Assembly (NCBI GenBank): GCA_030835345.1 | Contig: JAURPH010000007.1 | Location: 13,542-77,541, forward strand | Source of the DNA: Thermodesulfobacteriota bacterium | GTDB taxonomy: Bacteria > Desulfobacterota_D > UBA1144 | Direction of reading: 5' to 3' | Length of the DNA stretch: 64,000 nt | Shown here: positions 59,806 through 64,000 of the stretch, piece after piece | Numbering within the stretch: position 1 is the first letter of the stretch | Layout of the letters: every line of letters begins with the position of its first letter | The notes under the pieces: generated by a model | Told to the model about the DNA's origin: nothing | Database searches by the model: none | The model's input: the letters and a program-made list of their open reading frames with translations, nothing else | Program-made: the position numbers and the translations under genes

Positions 59806-60887
59806 TGCTTGCCTCCTTCATTGTGAACATGAATGGTTCTTGTTGGGAATGCAAAATCTATTTTTTCCTTAGAAAATTTCTCGAAAATCTTTAGTCTTAT
59901 TTTATGATTAGTTTCTATAAAATCTGAATAATCAGAACTTAGCACATTGTATACAAGCTCAAAATTCAATGAAAAATCTGCAAAATCTACCATACTTGCT
60001 CTTATGAATTCTGTTGACTCTGATGTGTTAACTATTTCTGTTAGTAATGACTGAATAGAGCTTAATTTTACATAACTAGTGTTATAAACTACACCAATCA
60101 TTATTGTTGTTCTTCTTTTTTGCATTCTTGATTGGTGATAATTTCTTAGTCTGCTATTCAGTAAATCAGAATTAGATATGATAATTTCTTCTCCGGATAT
60201 ACTTTCAATCTTTGTGCTTTTAATTCCAATAGATTTTACTGTCCCCATGTAGTTGTCTACAACAATGTAGTCTCCAAGTGCTATAGGTTTATCTATCATT
60301 ATTGTTAATGAAGCAAACAGGTCGCCAAGTATGCTTTGGGCTGCAAGAGCAATTGCCAAACCTCCTATTCCTAGACCAGCCACTAAGGCAGTAATATCAA
60401 CACCTATATTGTCCAATGCCAATAGGAGAAAAAGGGACCATATTAAAAATTTTGCAAGTTTACTAAAACCTGTTATTGCTGTGACACTATGCATATCGTT
60501 GTCTGATTTTTTATTATTTTTATATTTTTCAAATGCAAGATTTGCAATCATTATTGCCCATTTTGTTAATTGCCAAAAGAAAATTAATAGAAAAAATTGT
60601 GAAACTCTTTCATTTATTTTTTCATCTAAACTTATTAGGTTTGAGCTTATAAACATGGCCAAAAAGAGAATGAATATTCCAGATACTGATTTGACTGAGG
60701 CACTTAGATAGTCATCTATTTTATTTGCGGTTTTTTGCGATATTGCAGATAGGTTTTTATAAATAATAGATTGAAAGATTTTCCCAAATATAAACAATCC
60801 AATTGAAGAAAATACAAACAGGCCCCAATTTAGTAAAGTATTATTTAAAAATTCAGTTTTAATTAAGTTGTTGATAGTTTCTAACAT
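59802..60887 (-). CDS. Small-conductance mechanosensitive channel (MscS family)
   Basis: TM region followed by the MscS beta-domain signature (IALGDYIVVDNYMGTVKSIGIKSTKI). Confidence 0.8.
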   Translation of the reverse strand: MLETINNLIKTEFLNNTLLNWGLFVFSSIGLFIFGKIFQSIIYKNLSAISQKTANKIDDYLSASVKSVSGIFILFLAMFISSNLISLDEKINERVSQFFLLIFFWQLTKWAIMIANLAFEKYKNNKKSDNDMHSVTAITGFSKLAKFLIWSLFLLLALDNIGVDITALVAGLGIGGLAIALAAQSILGDLFASLTIMIDKPIALGDYIVVDNYMGTVKSIGIKSTKIESISGEEIIISNSDLLNSRLRNYHQSRMQKRRTTIMIGVVYNTSYVKLSSIQSLLTEIVNTSESTEFIRASMVDFADFSLNFELVYNVLSSDYSDFIETNHKIRLKIFEKFSKEKIDFAFPTRTIHVHNEGGKQ

Positions 60888-60908
60888 TAAAAAACATTAT
60901 AGAGTAAA

Positions 60909-62384
60909 ATGAAATTTTTATCACTAGGTATAAAGAAAATGGAAAGTTTTTTAAACCCAATAAGAATTAGAACTCAAAACATAAAAGTTTTAGTGACTGG
61001 TGCTACCGGCTATATTGGAGGTCGTTTGATACCTAGACTTTTGGCAAACAATATTAAAGTTAGAGTTTTAGTCAGAGATAGGGCTAAAATCCAAAATAAA
61101 TCTTGGATCAACAATGTAGAAATTTTTGAAGGCGATTTAACAAAAGTTGAAACTTTAAAAGATTTATGTCTTGGGATTGATCAAGCTTTTTATTTGATTC
61201 ATTCAATGACTACTTCAGAAGAGTACATAGAACTTGATAGATTAGCTGTAAAGAATTTTGTTAAAAATGCCAAAGGATTAAAGCATGTCGTTTATTTAGG
61301 TGGAATTTCACCAGAAGAAAAAAATATTTCCGATCATTTAAGAAGTAGAATAGAAGTTGGTGAAATTCTTAGACAATCATTACCAACAACTGAGTTTTGT
61401 GCCGGTCCAATTATTGGTTCTGGTTCAGCATCTTTTGAGATGCTTAGACATTTAAGTGAAAAGTTGCCAATTATGATTGCTCCAAAATGGATTAATAATT
61501 CTGTTAGACCAATTAGTGTCAGAGATGTTTTAAAATATTTAGTCCTTTCGATTGATAGAAAGCCATGCATAAAGATGGACATTGGAACCAATCCTATGAC
61601 TTTCAAGGATTTAATGTTGGAGTACTGTAAGTTTAGAGGTTTAAAGAGATATGTCTTCCCAGTACCTGTTTTGGCACCTAGTCTTGCCGCACGTTGGATT
61701 GGACTTGTGACACCAATACCTAATACATTGGCAATGCCAATTGTTAAAAGTGTAATAAACAATATCACAGGGGATATTTCTAAGTCTCATAAGTTCTTTC
61801 CTGAGATTAAAACACTGAACTTTAATGATTCAATCAAATCAGCTTTAGATAAAACAAAAAAGGAGTTTATTGAAACTTCATGGAATAAAGAAAAGATAAC
61901 TTTTAATTATAAATTGCTCCAGCATCGAGGAAGATTTGAGGAGATTAGGATTTCTAAAACTACAGCTTCAACTAATTCACTTTATAAATCATTTATTTCT
62001 CTAGGAGGGGCAAATGGTTGGAAGGCTTGGAATTTTTTATGGGCAATAAGAAAATTTATTGATCGTATATTGGGCGGAAAATCAATAGGTGAACCAGACC
62101 GAGATAATCTTGTTGAAGGAAGCTTGTTTGATTGTTTTATTGTTGAGAAAATAGAAATTAATAAGAAGCTTCTTTTAAGAATGAACTTGAAAACTCCTGG
62201 AGAAGCCTGGCTTAAATTTGAGGCAATTGAGGATTCTGATTGTTCTTATTTAGTTGTTTCTGCGATTTTTGAACCAAAAGGAATTTGGGGATATTTTTAT
62301 TGGTATTCTATTTTACCGTTGCATAAATTTATTTTTAGAGATCTTACCAATGCAATCAAGAGCGAAGCAGAAGCAAACATATAG
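60909..62384 (+). CDS. Two-domain protein: N-terminal NAD(P)-binding SDR/epimerase-like domain + C-terminal DUF2867
   Basis: VLVTGATGYIGGRLIPRLL Rossmann start with an extended-SDR-like half. About 200-aa C-terminal region matches the DUF2867 architecture commonly fused to it. Confidence 0.65.
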   Translation: MKFLSLGIKKMESFLNPIRIRTQNIKVLVTGATGYIGGRLIPRLLANNIKVRVLVRDRAKIQNKSWINNVEIFEGDLTKVETLKDLCLGIDQAFYLIHSMTTSEEYIELDRLAVKNFVKNAKGLKHVVYLGGISPEEKNISDHLRSRIEVGEILRQSLPTTEFCAGPIIGSGSASFEMLRHLSEKLPIMIAPKWINNSVRPISVRDVLKYLVLSIDRKPCIKMDIGTNPMTFKDLMLEYCKFRGLKRYVFPVPVLAPSLAARWIGLVTPIPNTLAMPIVKSVINNITGDISKSHKFFPEIKTLNFNDSIKSALDKTKKEFIETSWNKEKITFNYKLLQHRGRFEEIRISKTTASTNSLYKSFISLGGANGWKAWNFLWAIRKFIDRILGGKSIGEPDRDNLVEGSLFDCFIVEKIEINKKLLLRMNLKTPGEAWLKFEAIEDSDCSYLVVSAIFEPKGIWGYFYWYSILPLHKFIFRDLTNAIKSEAEANI

Positions 62385-62432
62385 CTCTAAATTATTGATT
62401 TTAATAGCTTTTTTAAAAAAAAATATTTTTTC

Positions 62433-62487
62433 TTGACTGACACTATATATAGTGGTTTAATCAAAATATAATCACAAGATGTTGTTG
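62433..62487 (+). promoter_or_regulatory. nrdA promoter overlapped by two NrdR boxes
   Basis: TTGACT (62433-62438), 17-nt spacer, TTTAAT (62456-62461). Perfect palindrome CACTATATATAGTG at 62441-62454. Second imperfect palindrome ACAAGATGTTGT at 62474-62485. Box centres are 32 bp apart, the typical tandem NrdR-box spacing. Confidence 0.55.
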
Positions 62488-62628
62488 AATTGATCTTTAG
62501 GAAGTTTTAGAAAGGCGTGATTATCCATGGGGCAAGGTAAAGTTTAAAAACCCCCTTTTGCACCCCGTTATAGCTTTTCCTTGCCTCTAAAAAACAACTG
62601 AAGAGCATATTGTTAGGAGAATTATTTT

Positions 62629-64000
62629 ATGAACCAAATAGATGAACTTTTAGTCGTTAAAAGATCAGGTGAAATTGTTGAATTTGACCCTGAAAGAATT
62701 AAAAACGCAATCGAGGCTGCGATTAATGCCGGTGATGAAGGATTTGACCTATCATCTGTCCCCGAGATTGTTGATGGAGTTCATAAAGAATTAAATGATA
62801 GATTTACAGAGTTTTATCCAAATGTTGAGAATATTCAAGATATTGTTGAAAAACATTTAATAAGATCAGATATGTTTACTGTTGCTCGAAGATATATAAT
62901 TTACAGAGCAGAAAGATCTAGAGAAAGGGAAAAACTAAAAGAAAATATTTCTAAAAAAGCTGAGTTAGGAAAGTTAAAGGTTACAAAAAGTGACGGAAAA
63001 ACAGTTCTATTTAATCCTCAAAAGATTAGAGAAACTATATCTAGGGTATGTTCTAAGTATCCTGATACAACATCAGTTGATTCTATAGCTAAAGAGCTAA
63101 ATAGAAACATATTTGATGGAGCTTCTACAGCTGATTTAGAAAGAGCACTTTTATTAGCTTCAACTGCATTTATTGAAAGGGATCCAGATTATAGCAAAGT
63201 TTCTGCTGGCTTCTTTATGCAAAGGCTATACAAAGAAGGCATGGGTGTTTCTGTTAATGAGCACACTCTTGAAGATGAATACAGAAAAGCCTTTATTAGC
63301 GGTATAAATCTTGGAGTTGAAAATAAGTATTTAGATGAAAAATTATTAAATTTTGATTTAGAGAAACTAAGCCTAGCGATTGATATCGAAAGAGATGAGC
63401 TTTTTGAATTTCTTGGAATTCAAACTCTCTATGAAAGATATCTTCAAAAACATGAAGAGAAGAGATTTGAATTACCTCAGGCCTTTTGGATGAGGGTAGC
63501 AATGGGATTAGCTTTTAATGAGAACAATAAAGAGGCAAGGGCAATTGAATTCTATAATGTTCTGTCTAAAATGCAGTTTGTATCTTCAACACCAACATTA
63601 TTTCATTCAGGAACACCACACCCACAACTTAGCTCTTGTTATTTGACAACAGTGAGTGATGACTTATCTCATATTTTTAAATGCATAGGAGATAATGCAC
63701 AACTTTCAAAGTGGTCTGGTGGGCTTGGTAATGATTGGACCAATATTAGAGGAACAGGTTCACATATTAAAAGTACAAATGTTGAGAGCCAAGGAGTAGT
63801 TCCATTTTTAAAAATAGCAAATGATGTAACAGTGGCAATTAATAGAAGTGGTAAAAGAAGAGGTGCAACCTGTGCATACCTTGAAACTTGGCATCTGGAT
63901 ATCGAAGATTTCTTAGATTTAAGAAGAAATACTGGAGATGACAGAAGAAGAACTCATGATATGAATACATCAAATTGGATTCCTGATTTATTTATGAAAA
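62629..64000 (+). CDS. nrdA: Ribonucleoside-diphosphate reductase alpha subunit (class I, NrdA) with two N-terminal ATP-cone domains; 3' end beyond the window
   Basis: ATG at 62629 with AGGAGA RBS. ATP cones read VVKRSGEIVEFDPERIKNAI and VTKSDGKTVLFNPQKIRETI. Catalytic region reads PTLFHSGTPHPQLSSCYL ... SNWIPDLFMK. It is missing from the ORF track because it has no stop in the window. Confidence 0.85.
   Translation, partial: MNQIDELLVVKRSGEIVEFDPERIKNAIEAAINAGDEGFDLSSVPEIVDGVHKELNDRFTEFYPNVENIQDIVEKHLIRSDMFTVARRYIIYRAERSREREKLKENISKKAELGKLKVTKSDGKTVLFNPQKIRETISRVCSKYPDTTSVDSIAKELNRNIFDGASTADLERALLLASTAFIERDPDYSKVSAGFFMQRLYKEGMGVSVNEHTLEDEYRKAFISGINLGVENKYLDEKLLNFDLEKLSLAIDIERDELFEFLGIQTLYERYLQKHEEKRFELPQAFWMRVAMGLAFNENNKEARAIEFYNVLSKMQFVSSTPTLFHSGTPHPQLSSCYLTTVSDDLSHIFKCIGDNAQLSKWSGGLGNDWTNIRGTGSHIKSTNVESQGVVPFLKIANDVTVAINRSGKRRGATCAYLETWHLDIEDFLDLRRNTGDDRRRTHDMNTSNWIPDLFMK

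Noticed and set aside
61334-61768. 144-aa minus-strand ORF
   Set aside because: It lies inside the SDR-DUF2867 gene on the opposite strand. There are no motifs, so I treat it as a shadow ORF. The same reasoning applies to 60331-60711, 53457-53756, 38631-38915, 17416-17682, 17953-18180, 20915-21172, 22839-23024, 24310-24651, 25802-26053, 41468-41842, 42098-42415, 49304-49513, 49775-50014, 50498-50770, 51604-52123 and 56609-56875.
62441-62454. Perfect 14-bp palindrome CACTATATATAGTG as a possible IS terminal inverted repeat or restriction-site cluster
   Set aside because: A single copy sitting in a promoter spacer, with a second half-matching palindrome 32 bp away, fits NrdR operators. No transposase is nearby.
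1-64000. CRISPR arrays, tandem repeats, prophage or defence islands
   Set aside because: There are no direct-repeat/spacer periodicity, no cas-like ORFs and no phage structural or integrase genes. Gene content is continuous core metabolism throughout. Only short A/T homopolymer runs, typical of AT-rich DNA, are present.

Overview
The window is AT-rich (roughly 30% GC by eye, not computed) and densely packed with many 1-40 nt start/stop overlaps. It looks like a streamlined Gram-negative (diderm) chromosome segment: it carries a TonB-dependent receptor, a LapA-like protein, SppA and Slt70. Almost all of it is core metabolism and housekeeping. I see no integrase, transposase, CRISPR array, toxin or defence-like gene and no obvious island boundary.

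Recognisable blocks:
1. A tight minus-strand operon aroA-cmk-ispH-rpsA-sppA-lapA-(lipA, cut by the window edge).
2. A vitamin-B12 uptake unit, btuB-btuF, preceded by an unannotated cobalamin riboswitch whose B12 box and GGGAAG/GGUGAAA cores I can read directly.
3. A four-gene deazaflavin/F420 cofactor cluster cofD-cofE-cofG-cofH, with an LLM-class (probably F420-dependent) oxidoreductase 20 kb away.
4. A gluconeogenic cluster gap-pgk-fba(class I) with convergent fbp and divergent argC.
5. An archaeal-type three-ORF acyl-CoA carboxylase (pccB / biotin carboxylase / BT-BCCP) and a split methylmalonyl-CoA mutase catalytic subunit.
6. A partial F0 ATP synthase cluster (atpZ-atpI-atpB-atpE) without b subunits. 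Its c subunit has an N-terminal signal-like extension and an E-S-x-x-x-Y (Na+-type) ion-site signature.
7. Queuosine genes queC-queE and a distant queF.
8. tRNA-Gln(UUG), a short RpoD-like sigma factor, and a truncated nrdA preceded by tandem NrdR boxes.

The items most worth follow-up are the F420 pathway in this low-GC diderm context, the split carboxylase and mutase, the atypical c subunit, a small anomalously GC-rich ORF with a perfect RBS, and several short hypothetical proteins. I did not find a clear-cut novel multi-gene system, and I say so rather than invent one.
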